From positions 1 through 32,000 of the forward strand of contig NZ_CP097762.1 of assembly GCF_023585745.1 (NCBI RefSeq): DNA of 32,000 bases. Reading direction: 5' to 3'. Shown here piece after piece: positions 1 to 9,224 of this stretch. This DNA is from Candidatus Saccharimonadota bacterium. Its GTDB lineage: Bacteria > Pseudomonadota > Gammaproteobacteria > Enterobacterales > Enterobacteriaceae. Made by a program: the position numbers and the translations under genes. Position 1 is the first letter of the stretch, and each line of letters starts with the position of its first letter. The notes under the pieces were generated by a model. That model was not told the origin of the DNA. It did not search any database and was given only the letters and a program-made list of their open reading frames with translations.

Positions 1-29
1 GGTCGGAGGTTCAAATCCTCTCTCGCCGA
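1..29 (+). tRNA. 3' fragment of a tRNA gene cut by the window edge, probably tRNA-Pro
   Basis: T-stem GGAGG (5-9), T-loop TTCAAAT (10-16), CCTCT (17-21), acceptor 3' strand CTCGCCG (22-28), discriminator A29. No CCA is encoded (next bases TAT). The T-arm plus acceptor nearly match my recollection of E. coli tRNA-Pro(UGG) proM 3' end (GGTCGGAGGTTCGAATCCTCTCTCGCCGACCA). The anticodon lies outside the window, so the isotype is inferred. Confidence 0.7.
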
Positions 30-220
30 TATAAATGTTTATATGAAAAATATTGTTGATATTTTATTATTAGCTAATTTTATTTCACATTAAAGTGTGA
101 TAAATATTAAATAGATGGAGTAGTATATGGTTTATTTATTAAATTATGCTTTGAATAAGTTATGTCACTAATATATAAAATTATGTATTTTAATGTATAA
201 AATAGGTTTTATATATTCTT

Positions 221-2299
221 ATGAAATGCAATCCTTTATTGAAAGATTCTGTATTGCCGTTGTTTTCGTCTATTAGCCCAGAGCATGTAGCAGAAGCGAT
301 GCAAACAGTTTTAAATAATTGTTATTCTACAGTCGAGAGAATAGTGTCTACCCAAGATGTATCTTGGAATACAGTATATTATCCCTTGATGATTGCTGAG
401 AATGCTTTGCAACGTACCTGGTCTTTAATAGCACATTTAAATTCAGTAAGTAATAATTTAAAATGGCGTAAGGTATATGAAGATAATGTATTATTTATAT
501 CGGAATATAAAACTTGGATAAGTCAGCATTTTGGTTTGTATACGGTTTATCAAATATTACGAAATCATGATACTTATCCATATTTAAATATAATGCAAAA
601 AAAAGTTTTAAATAATGCTATAAATAATTTTAGGTATTCAGGTGTTACTTTATCCAAATCAAAAAAGAAAAGGTATTTACATATTCAATCTGAATTATCA
701 AAATTAAGTTTTAATTACGCAAATAATGTATTTGATGCAACAGCTAGTTGGAGTAAATTAATTTCTGAAAAAACAAAACTTTCTGGTATACCAGATCAGC
801 AATTAGAAATAGCTTCTTTAGAAGCGAAAAATCGTGGACATAAAGGTTGGATATTTACATTACAATATCCTAGTTATTCTTCTGTACTGTTATATTGTGA
901 TAATAGAGAATTACGAGAAGAGATGTATTGGGCGTTTAATACACGAGCTTCCGATCAAGGGCCTGATCGTGGTCAATGGGACAATACATTAATAATAGAT
1001 GCAATTTTAACATTGCGTCATGAGTCGGCAAAAATTTTGGGGTTTAATAATTATTTTGAGAAATCTTTAGTTAATAGGATGGTGCGTTATCCAGAACAAG
1101 TATTTAATTTTCTCACATATTTATATAAAAAAATATACCATAATGGATATCAAGAATTTATAGAAATAGAAAATTTTGCAAAAAAAAAATATTCTTGTAT
1201 GTCCTTAAAACCCTGGGATGTATTGTATTTTCGAGAAAAACAGAAAAAGTATCTTTTTTCTATTGATCACGAAAAGTTACGATTTTATTTTCCCGAAAAT
1301 ATAGTGTTAAATGGTATTTTTACAATAGTAAATTGTATTTACGGTATTTCTATTAAAGAGCGTTATAATATTGAGACTTGGCACCCAGATGTGAGATTTT
1401 TTGATATTTTTGATAATTTAGGAGAATGGAAAGGAGGATTTTATTTAGATCTGTATCATAGAGATAATAAATTTGAAGGCGCTTGGATGGATGATTTGGT
1501 CAGTTTTATGTATTATAAAGATGATCCAGTGAATCAAAAACCTATTGCATGTTTGATTTGCAGCTTCGATCCAGTACGTAGAGGGACAAATACTTATTTT
1601 TTTACACACAATAATATTGTTACTTTATTTCATGAATTTGGACATGTATTACATCATATTATGACGTGTATAAATATTCCAGAAATATCTGGAATTCGTG
1701 GTATTCCTTGGGATTTAATAGAATTACCCAGTCAATTAATGGAAAAATTTTGTTGGGAATCAGATATTTTGCAATTAATTTCTATGAATTTTGAAACAAA
1801 AAGAAGTTTATCTAATGCTACAATTAATAATTTGTTAAAAACAAAATTATTTTTTTCGTCATCTGATTTATTACATCAAATAATGTATGGATTATTCGAC
1901 GCTCGAATACATTATGAGTATATTCCAGGAAAATCCGGACAAGTACTAAAAATATTTAATGAAGTGCGAAAAAAAATATTAGCACATTCTAATGCGATGG
2001 ATTGGGAGAGATTCCCGCATTCTTTTTTACATATTTTTTCTAATGATTACGCTGCAGGTTATTATAGTTATTTATTATCGGATGTTTTAGCGTCTAATGT
2101 TTGGATGCGTTTTAAAAAATTAGGAATATTGCATCCAAGTATTGGAAAATTATTTTTTAATGACATCCTATCTATAGGGAGTGTTATTAATTTAGAAAAA
2201 TGTCTTATGGATTTTTGTGGACATGAAATTACAGTAGAATCTATATTGGAACATTATAATGTTCCTACGCATAAAGTTGTGTATAATAAATATAAATAA
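221..2299 (+). CDS. prlC: oligopeptidase A (M3 family zinc metallopeptidase)
   Basis: 692-aa ORF colinear end to end with E. coli PrlC as recalled (N-term NPLL..P.FS.I.PEHV; YCDNRELREEMY; WHPDVRFF; C-term GYYSYL). Zinc motif HEFGH is present (FHEFGHVLHH). Confidence 0.95.
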   Translation: MKCNPLLKDSVLPLFSSISPEHVAEAMQTVLNNCYSTVERIVSTQDVSWNTVYYPLMIAENALQRTWSLIAHLNSVSNNLKWRKVYEDNVLFISEYKTWISQHFGLYTVYQILRNHDTYPYLNIMQKKVLNNAINNFRYSGVTLSKSKKKRYLHIQSELSKLSFNYANNVFDATASWSKLISEKTKLSGIPDQQLEIASLEAKNRGHKGWIFTLQYPSYSSVLLYCDNRELREEMYWAFNTRASDQGPDRGQWDNTLIIDAILTLRHESAKILGFNNYFEKSLVNRMVRYPEQVFNFLTYLYKKIYHNGYQEFIEIENFAKKKYSCMSLKPWDVLYFREKQKKYLFSIDHEKLRFYFPENIVLNGIFTIVNCIYGISIKERYNIETWHPDVRFFDIFDNLGEWKGGFYLDLYHRDNKFEGAWMDDLVSFMYYKDDPVNQKPIACLICSFDPVRRGTNTYFFTHNNIVTLFHEFGHVLHHIMTCINIPEISGIRGIPWDLIELPSQLMEKFCWESDILQLISMNFETKRSLSNATINNLLKTKLFFSSSDLLHQIMYGLFDARIHYEYIPGKSGQVLKIFNEVRKKILAHSNAMDWERFPHSFLHIFSNDYAAGYYSYLLSDVLASNVWMRFKKLGILHPSIGKLFFNDILSIGSVINLEKCLMDFCGHEITVESILEHYNVPTHKVVYNKYK

Positions 2300-2491
2300 A
2301 CCATTTTTTAGTAAAATTTCGTGGTTTTCTTCAGAATCATTTAATATTGAAATATATTTCATATTTATCATGTATTTATATAAATAACGTGGTGTGTTTA
2401 CATGTGATATTTTATAAGCACATTTATATTGTTACTTAATTTAAGTAGATATATTCAATTAATTTTTTTTTTTGATTTTTTTAATAAAAAG

Positions 2492-2512
2492 ATACTGAAT
2501 AATATTCAGTAT
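2492..2512 (-). terminator. candidate intrinsic terminator about 190 nt downstream of pitA
   Basis: ATACTGAATA-A-TATTCAGTAT has 10-nt inverted arms. On the minus strand it is followed by C-TTTTTATT. The stem is AT-rich (2 G:C pairs) and lies far from the pitA stop, so this is weak. Confidence 0.3.
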
Positions 2513-2702
2513 TCATATTACATATTTATATGTGTTAATAATTTATAGAAATAAAAATTATTTAAATATATTAAATATGGTAATTCGACTAAAAATTCAA
2601 CAGTATTATCATTAATAATAGTTTATTAATTGGATTGTGTGATTTCAATTGACACAGTAGTGTTTTTTAAAAAATTATGGCAACATACACAATATTAATT
2701 GT

Positions 2703-4322
2703 TTATATTTGAATATACTTATGCAATAATTTAAGTGTAGACCAGTAAAAACTACCGCTTAAAGTTATAGATACCGGAAAAGTTAATGACCAGGTTATTA
2801 GAATATTTTTTATTGTTTTTATTTGTATACCTTTCCAATTTTGGGTTAACATACTGCCAGTAATAGATGAAGATAGTATATGGGTGGTAGAAACAGGCAT
2901 ACCCACATAACTAGCTGTACTGATAGATATAGCTGTGGTCAGTTGTGTTGACAATCCTTGTGCGTAAGTCATTTCTTTTGTGCCTATTTTTTCTCCTATA
3001 GTGATAGCAACTCGTTTCCAGCCGATTATTGTTCCTAAGGATAATGATAATGCAACTGCAAAAATAATACACGTTGGCGCGTATTCAATTGTATACAGTA
3101 AATTTTCTTTTAAATTTTTAAGAAAATACTTATCATGATGTGATGTTTCTGGCAGATCTATGATTTGATCTAGTATATCTACTATATATATCAGTAATTG
3201 TCTTATTTGAAGACGTTGGGTAGTATTCAATTTTTTATAATCGTCCAAATTATTCAGTAATAAGGAGATGTTATGCATCATGGTTAAATTTAATGAGAAA
3301 TCATGAAAAATTTTTTTTATCTGTATATCTGTTTGTATCGGATTGTTATTATAACATGCAGCATGTTTATCATTGTAGATAATAGTTTGTATTGATTTCT
3401 CAATAGAGGGGAATAGTATTTTTAATTGATTAAATGCTCTTGTGATAGGCATGGATATTATTTCTGATGGTACAATATTTCTAAAGCTGTTGTTATGTTT
3501 GATATAATATTCTTGAAAATCATTAATAGCATGATTGGTGCGGGCGATATCATAATTGCTAGAATTTAAATTTAGCATAAAGCTCGCAGGGGCTATTCCT
3601 ATTAAAAGTAACATAATTAGCCCAATACCTTTTTGTCCATCGTTTGCGCCGTGAGAAAAACTAACTCCAGCTGCTGATATAATTAACATGGTGCGAGTCC
3701 ACAGAGATGGTTGAGATTTTCCGTATGTTTTTAATTTTTTTGTTGGAGTGGTATGGATACTATCATATCCTGTGTAATCGCAATACTTATATAATATTAA
3801 CATTATTAATTTAGCAAGTATTAGACCGATGATTGGTGATATTATTAATGATAAAAATATTTTTATTAGTTTTGAAATATTTAACCCATGTGTTATTGGG
3901 CAGTTTGTGATTATTGCATGAGCAAATCCAATACCTATTAATGCTCCAATAAGAGTATGAGAACTAGAAGTTGGTAATCTCAGATACCATGTTCCAAGAT
4001 TCCATAATATTGCTGCAAATAATATTGAAAAAATCATTGCTAAGGTATTATTCACACTAGTGTTTGTAAAGAAATATGTTGGAAGTAAATGAACAATTGT
4101 ATATGCTACACTTAGTCCACTTAGCGTAACTCCTAAAAAGTTAAATACTCCTGATATTAATACTGCATTATGAGGACGTAGTGCACAGGTGTAAATTACA
4201 CTGACTACAGAATTAGCAGTATCGTGGAAACCATTAATAATTTCGTAAATGAAGATAAGAGTCAATGCAAGAATTAACATGACTCTAACATATGTATCTA
4301 AATTGAAAAGAAAATATGACAT
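2703..4322 (-). CDS. pitA: low-affinity inorganic phosphate (metal-phosphate) transporter, PiT/PHO4 family
   Basis: 539-aa polytopic ORF colinear with E. coli PitA as recalled. Both PHO4 signature repeats are present (INGFHDTANSV near the N-term; SHGANDGQKGIGLIMLLLIG centrally), and the C-term has GMPVSTTHILSSS. Confidence 0.92.
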   Translation of the reverse strand: MSYFLFNLDTYVRVMLILALTLIFIYEIINGFHDTANSVVSVIYTCALRPHNAVLISGVFNFLGVTLSGLSVAYTIVHLLPTYFFTNTSVNNTLAMIFSILFAAILWNLGTWYLRLPTSSSHTLIGALIGIGFAHAIITNCPITHGLNISKLIKIFLSLIISPIIGLILAKLIMLILYKYCDYTGYDSIHTTPTKKLKTYGKSQPSLWTRTMLIISAAGVSFSHGANDGQKGIGLIMLLLIGIAPASFMLNLNSSNYDIARTNHAINDFQEYYIKHNNSFRNIVPSEIISMPITRAFNQLKILFPSIEKSIQTIIYNDKHAACYNNNPIQTDIQIKKIFHDFSLNLTMMHNISLLLNNLDDYKKLNTTQRLQIRQLLIYIVDILDQIIDLPETSHHDKYFLKNLKENLLYTIEYAPTCIIFAVALSLSLGTIIGWKRVAITIGEKIGTKEMTYAQGLSTQLTTAISISTASYVGMPVSTTHILSSSITGSMLTQNWKGIQIKTIKNILITWSLTFPVSITLSGSFYWSTLKLLHKYIQI

Positions 4323-4667
4323 AAGAAATACGCTATTATTAGAATAATAAAAATTATATTATGCATGAGATTTATTTAGATAAAAATAAAATTATATTTT
4401 TATGATAATTATATAGAATTGTTGTCTTGTATAATTTGGTATTTTTAAAAAATTTTCTCATGTTCTTTTCCTATTTTATTTATAGTATGGCATAAGATAT
4501 TTATTAATTTTATATTTTTATTGTATACTAACTATTTAGTTAAAAATATTAATTGTTTTAAGTAAACAGAATAATTTTTTCAAGTCATTACATATGTTTA
4601 TTGAATATAATTACAATATATCAGTGTTATTAATGTAATTAGTATAATAATATTATTTATTTACTGT

Positions 4668-5543
4668 ATGTCAAATAGGTTAACTTTTATTAAAAAGTGT
4701 TACAATTTAGCATATGTAATGCGCGTTAATCAACCTATTGGTTTTTTCTTGTTGTTGTGGCCCACTTTATGGGGTTTGTGGTTATCAAAACAAGGTATAC
4801 CTGACACTACTATATTAGTGATATTTATTATTGGCGTAATATGTATGCGTTCCGCGGGTTGTATTATTAATGATTATGTAGATTATAAAGTTGATAGTTG
4901 CATAACTCGCACTAAAGGTCGACCCTTAACTACTGGTCAACTTTCTAAAAAGGGAGCATTAATAGCATTAGTGGTATTACTGATAATTGCATTTATATTA
5001 ATCTTGTATTTAAATGTGATCACTATATTTCTGTCGTTAATAGCCTTAATACTATCTGTAGTATATCCGTACCTTAAGAGGTATACTTATTTTCCTCAAG
5101 TAGTATTAGGGATATTATTTAGTTGGCCCATTTTAATGACGTTTACTGCAATCGATAAATCTATAGACAGTATTATGCTTTGGTTATTATTTCTAATGAA
5201 TTTTTTATGGGTAATAGTTTATGATACGCAATATGCTATGCTGGATAGGGAAGATGATAAAGAGATAGGTATAAGATCTTTAGCTGTATTTTTAGGAAAT
5301 ATGGATACATTAGTAATAGGAATATTGCAATTTTTTATTGTTTTTATTTTAGGGATTATTGGGTATCTTGAAAGATTTTTTATAGAATTTTACATATTTT
5401 CATTATGTGGGGTTATTATGTTATTTATTTGGCAACAAATGTTAATTAGAACACGAGAGAAAAAAAATTATTTTCGTGCATTTTTAAGCAATAATTATGT
5501 GGGTATGCTAATATTTTTGGGGATTTTTATTAGTTTTTATTAA
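4668..5543 (+). CDS. ubiA: 4-hydroxybenzoate octaprenyltransferase (UbiA prenyltransferase family)
   Basis: 291-aa membrane ORF colinear with E. coli UbiA. First Asp-rich motif NDYVDYKVD; second region YDTQYAMLDREDDKEIGIRS; C-term FLSNNYVG. Confidence 0.93.
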   Translation: MSNRLTFIKKCYNLAYVMRVNQPIGFFLLLWPTLWGLWLSKQGIPDTTILVIFIIGVICMRSAGCIINDYVDYKVDSCITRTKGRPLTTGQLSKKGALIALVVLLIIAFILILYLNVITIFLSLIALILSVVYPYLKRYTYFPQVVLGILFSWPILMTFTAIDKSIDSIMLWLLFLMNFLWVIVYDTQYAMLDREDDKEIGIRSLAVFLGNMDTLVIGILQFFIVFILGIIGYLERFFIEFYIFSLCGVIMLFIWQQMLIRTREKKNYFRAFLSNNYVGMLIFLGIFISFY

Positions 5544-5803
5544 AATTTTTTATGCAATGTTAATGCACAGAATGGTGGTAATATGTTTTATAATTACAAA
5601 TTTATCAATAATGTTGTGTGATTAATTAAATCAGTATAGAACTATTAAATGAATTTAATTACTGCATTAAGATTTGTGAATGTATGCTAATGTAATTAAT
5701 CAATAATAAAAATTTTTCGAATAAAAAGCAGTTGTGATATACATATATGTTGTTAATTTTAATTAAATGATATAAAGCTATTTTATATTATTATTTTTAT
5801 ATT

Positions 5804-6280
5804 TTAAGATTTAAAATGTGTGTGTAATTTAACATTGAAACATTTTGTGCATAATCCATGTGCTTCTATTGTATTATTAAAAATAATAAATCCTGCTATT
5901 TTTGCCATACTTTGTAAAATTTTTTCAATTTCTTTTGTTGTTTGTTCAGTAACTTGTTTGCAACTATTGCAAATAAAGAACGCAAAGTTATGTGATAATT
6001 CATAAAAATAGTGACATAACATAAAACTGTTAGTGGATTCTATACGATGGATAAATCCTTGGGCTAATAAAAAATTTAAGGCTCTATAAATAGTAGAAGG
6101 TTTAGCATGTGGAAATTCGGATTTTCTTAATAGACGCAATAAATTATATGCGCTGATAGCCCCCCCATTGCATTGTGAAATTAATCTCAATACAATTAAG
6201 CGTTGTGGTGTTAAACGTACACATCTTTTGTCACATAAATTTTTAATTTGTATTAAAAGTTTTTGGGTATTATTTTTCAT
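5804..6280 (-). CDS. zur: zinc uptake regulator, Fur family
   Basis: 158-aa ORF matching E. coli Zur rather than Fur as recalled (RLTPQRL.VLRL; GAISAY.LL.LLR; KP.T.YRAL.FLL.QGF.H..ESTNS..LCH). It has CxxC pairs (CNSC and CTKC) for a structural Zn site. It sits between ubiA and dnaB, as zur does in the E. coli region. Confidence 0.88.
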   Translation of the reverse strand: MKNNTQKLLIQIKNLCDKRCVRLTPQRLIVLRLISQCNGGAISAYNLLRLLRKSEFPHAKPSTIYRALNFLLAQGFIHRIESTNSFMLCHYFYELSHNFAFFICNSCKQVTEQTTKEIEKILQSMAKIAGFIIFNNTIEAHGLCTKCFNVKLHTHFKS

Positions 6281-6628
6281 ATTTTCCTTAATTATTTTCT
6301 GTTGTATTATTAAGTAATAGATTACATAGTATTAACGAAACAGTATATATATGATATATATATAGTAATTAAATAAATTTAAAAGATAATTATTTAAATT
6401 TTTTTTTCGAGGCGTTGATTAATTATATTTAATATAATATCAAATTTTATGATTTAAAATATATAGATATTTAAACAATATTTTTTGTACATTATATATA
6501 GATATATATGCATAAATTAGTATATGTGTAATTGAAGTTTATTTAATTATTATAAAATATTAAATAATCGTTAATATTATTATTATTATTATGTTTGATA
6601 TTTGTTGATGAGGTAATAGCTATAGTTT

Positions 6629-8032
6629 ATGCTAAAAAAAGAGAAAATTAATGTTCTAAAAGACTCCTATAATCAGGATGTTAATAACATAAAATCACCC
6701 CCTTATTCAATAGAAGCTGAACAATCTGTTTTAGGTAGTTTAATGCTAGATAACAGTCATTGGGAGTATATATCAATACAATTAAATGTTAATGATTTTT
6801 TTAATTATGCTCATCGTATAATCTTTAATGAAATGAAAAATTTATTAGAAATTCATAAACCTATTGATTTAATAACATTAGCAGAATCGTTAGAAACACA
6901 AGGAAAATTAGAATCGATAGGAGGATTTGCATATTTAGCTGAATTATCAAAAAATGTTCCTAGCGCCGCTAATGTAGGTGCGTATGCTGATATTGTGCGT
7001 GAACGTTCTGTAGTACGTAATATGATTGCTATAGCTAATAAGATTGCTGACGCTGGATATAATCCTAAAGGACGAAGTAGTGATGAGTTATTAGATTTGG
7101 CAGAATCGCTTATATTTCAAATGTCACACAGTAAGAGTAATTATAATCTTAATCCTAAAAGTATAGATGTTATGTTAACAGATGTAATATCTCGTATTGA
7201 TCAGGCACGTAATAGTAGCCTTAAATATGGTATTACTGGAATATCTAGTGGATATAAAGATCTTGATAAGAAAACTGATGGTTTACAAAAATCTAATTTT
7301 ATTATTATTGCGGCGCGCCCATCTATGGGTAAAACAGCGTTTGCTATGAATTTATGCGAAAATGCAGCGTTAACTGAAAAAAAACCGGTGCTAATATTTA
7401 GTTTAGAAATGCCTGGTGATCAAATTGTGACGCGTATGTTAGCATCTTTATCAAGAGTAGATCAAATACGCATTCGTACAGGGCGTTTAGACGATATTGA
7501 CAAAAAAAGGATTAAAGATTCTATGCAATTGCTTTTAGATAGACGAAATATATATATTGATGATTCATCCTATTTAACTCCTACTGAGTTGCGAGGCCGA
7601 GCGCGTAGATTATATCGTGAACATGATGGATTAAGTTTAATTATGATAGATTATTTACAATTAATGCGGGTTCCATGTTTATCTAATAATCGTACATTAG
7701 AAATTTCAGAAATTTCTAGATCATTAAAGGCTTTAGCTAAAGAATTAGAGGTGCCAGTTATAGCAATATCTCAGTTAAACAGAGGTTTAGAACAAAGAAT
7801 CGATAAGCATCCGGTAAATTCAGATTTACGTGAATCTGGCGCTATTGAACAAGATGCTGATCTTATTTTGTTTATTTATCGCGATGAAGTATATAACGAA
7901 AATAGCGCGATGAAGGGTGTTGCAGAAATTATTTTAGGAAAACAAAGAAATGGTCCTATTGGTACCATACGATTAGTATTTCATGGACAATGGTCCAGAT
8001 TTGATAATTATACCGATGTTAGTCAGTATTGA
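6629..8032 (+). CDS. dnaB: replicative DNA helicase
   Basis: 467-aa ORF colinear with E. coli DnaB (PP.SIEAEQSVLG.LMLDN; Walker A AARPSMGKTAFA; IDYLQLM; SQLNR.LEQR.DK.P..SDLRESG.IEQDADLI). No intein-like insertion. Confidence 0.97.
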   Translation: MLKKEKINVLKDSYNQDVNNIKSPPYSIEAEQSVLGSLMLDNSHWEYISIQLNVNDFFNYAHRIIFNEMKNLLEIHKPIDLITLAESLETQGKLESIGGFAYLAELSKNVPSAANVGAYADIVRERSVVRNMIAIANKIADAGYNPKGRSSDELLDLAESLIFQMSHSKSNYNLNPKSIDVMLTDVISRIDQARNSSLKYGITGISSGYKDLDKKTDGLQKSNFIIIAARPSMGKTAFAMNLCENAALTEKKPVLIFSLEMPGDQIVTRMLASLSRVDQIRIRTGRLDDIDKKRIKDSMQLLLDRRNIYIDDSSYLTPTELRGRARRLYREHDGLSLIMIDYLQLMRVPCLSNNRTLEISEISRSLKALAKELEVPVIAISQLNRGLEQRIDKHPVNSDLRESGAIEQDADLILFIYRDEVYNENSAMKGVAEIILGKQRNGPIGTIRLVFHGQWSRFDNYTDVSQY

Positions 8033-8157
8033 GAAAAATTTTCTATATTATTTTTAATACAGTTTATAATATTCTATATGTATCTTACATTAATTTTTTT
8101 ATTAGATACTTAGTAGATTAAATTTTTATGTATTTTACATTATGTAATAAGAGCATT

Positions 8158-8172
8158 ATATTAATGCATTAA
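8158..8172. repeat. copy 1 of exact 15-mer ATATTAATGCATTAA (core is a 14-bp palindrome ATTAATGCATTAAT at 8160-8173)
   Basis: Read directly from the sequence. It ends 173 nt before the ssb GTG. An identical 15-mer occurs at 9029-9043. Confidence 0.9.
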
Positions 8173-8345
8173 TTTTTCGTATAGATAATTTGTACATAAT
8201 TTTTGTAGATATTCAATACTTATTATTATAAGTAAGTTTATTTAGTTAAAAAAATTAATTTTTTGTCAATTATTTTATAATTTATACGTTTTTGTGATAT
8301 GAATATGCATAAAAATAAGTGTTATGCTAATTTATCGGAGGTATT

Positions 8346-8807
8346 GTGGTTAATAGAGGTATTAATAAAGTGATTTTAATTGGTTATCTTGGTCAAGAAC
8401 CTGAAGTACGTTATATGCCGAATGGTAATATAGTAACTAATATTTCTATAGCTACTACACAATCTTGGAAAGATAAGCAATCTGATATGTTTAAAGAAAA
8501 AACTGAATGGCATCGTGTAGTATTATTTGGAAAATTAGCAGAAATTGCATCTGAATATCTCCATAAAGGTTCCCAAGTATATATTGAAGGATCATTACAT
8601 ACTAGAAAATGGCAAAATCAAAATGGACAAGACAGATATATAACTGAAATTATTGTGAATATTGGAGGCACAATGCAAATGTTGGGTGCACGTAATAATG
8701 TACCTGGTAATGTTTCTGATAATAAAAATACGTTAATTGATAACAATGAAAAATTGCTGGAAAAAGAATCAACGGTTGAAATCGATGATGATGATATTCC
8801 TTTTTAG
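8346..8807 (+). CDS. ssb: single-stranded DNA-binding protein
   Basis: 153-aa ORF with a GTG start at 8346, preceded by GGAGG at 8337-8341. The OB-fold N-terminus is colinear with E. coli SSB ([20 protein letters not shown]; [28 protein letters not shown]). The canonical acidic tail is DDDDIPF. The Gly/Gln-rich linker is much shorter than in E. coli. Confidence 0.95.
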   Translation: MVNRGINKVILIGYLGQEPEVRYMPNGNIVTNISIATTQSWKDKQSDMFKEKTEWHRVVLFGKLAEIASEYLHKGSQVYIEGSLHTRKWQNQNGQDRYITEIIVNIGGTMQMLGARNNVPGNVSDNKNTLIDNNEKLLEKESTVEIDDDDIPF

Positions 8808-9028
8808 TATAATATAAGTATATATTGTCTATATGATATGTTTAAATATAAAGTGAATCATACTATATATGATATATCATATTATATTTCAACAAATAAT
8901 ATAATGATTCATTATGTGGTCATTTGTATAGTGATAAAATAATGCATAAAATATTATTTTATGAGTGAATATTAGTTATTGATAGATGTTATATTTTGCG
9001 GTCTTATACTTATTTTATAAAAGTAATA

Positions 9029-9043
9029 ATATTAATGCATTAA
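9029..9043. repeat. copy 2 of exact 15-mer ATATTAATGCATTAA (12-bp palindrome TTAATGCATTAA at 9032-9043)
   Basis: Read directly from the sequence. It ends 181 nt before the yjcE ATG and lies inside the first unit of an imperfect direct repeat (9016-9043 / 9062-9083). Confidence 0.9.
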
Positions 9044-9224
9044 GTGTCATGAATGTGTTTATATAAAAGTAATTCTGCATTAAATAATAGTATTTATATA
9101 ATTAATTAGTTATTTTTAAAATTAATATTGATTATGTCGAGCAAAAATTATAACACATATGTGGTTGATATTGTATCAATATTATTATTATTCTGATTCT
9201 GTACAAATACGGTTGAGATTTTAA

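Noticed and set aside
3344-3356. TGTTAT-T-ATAACA palindrome inside pitA, considered as an intragenic Zur operator (PitA is known to carry metal-phosphate)
   Set aside because: It lies deep in coding sequence, about 970 nt from the pitA start. The spacing is non-canonical and there is no promoter context. It is kept only as a data point in the motif-recurrence finding.
6344-6592. TA-rich low-complexity dyads and microsatellites: TATATATAT-G-ATATATATA (6344-6362) and (TAT)6 (6575-6592) upstream of dnaB. Similar ones elsewhere: ATATGATATATCATAT (8867-8882), ATTATTATTAATAATAAT (13027-13044), AACATATATGTT (28488-28499)
   Set aside because: They consist almost entirely of A/T and are of a kind expected by chance and by replication slippage in DNA of this composition. 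There is no second-copy or positional evidence for function.
6281-6628. Replication origin or DnaA-box cluster near dnaB
   Set aside because: I saw no cluster of TTATNCACA-type boxes or AT-rich 13-mer array beyond the general AT richness. dnaB is not normally oriC-linked in enterobacteria.
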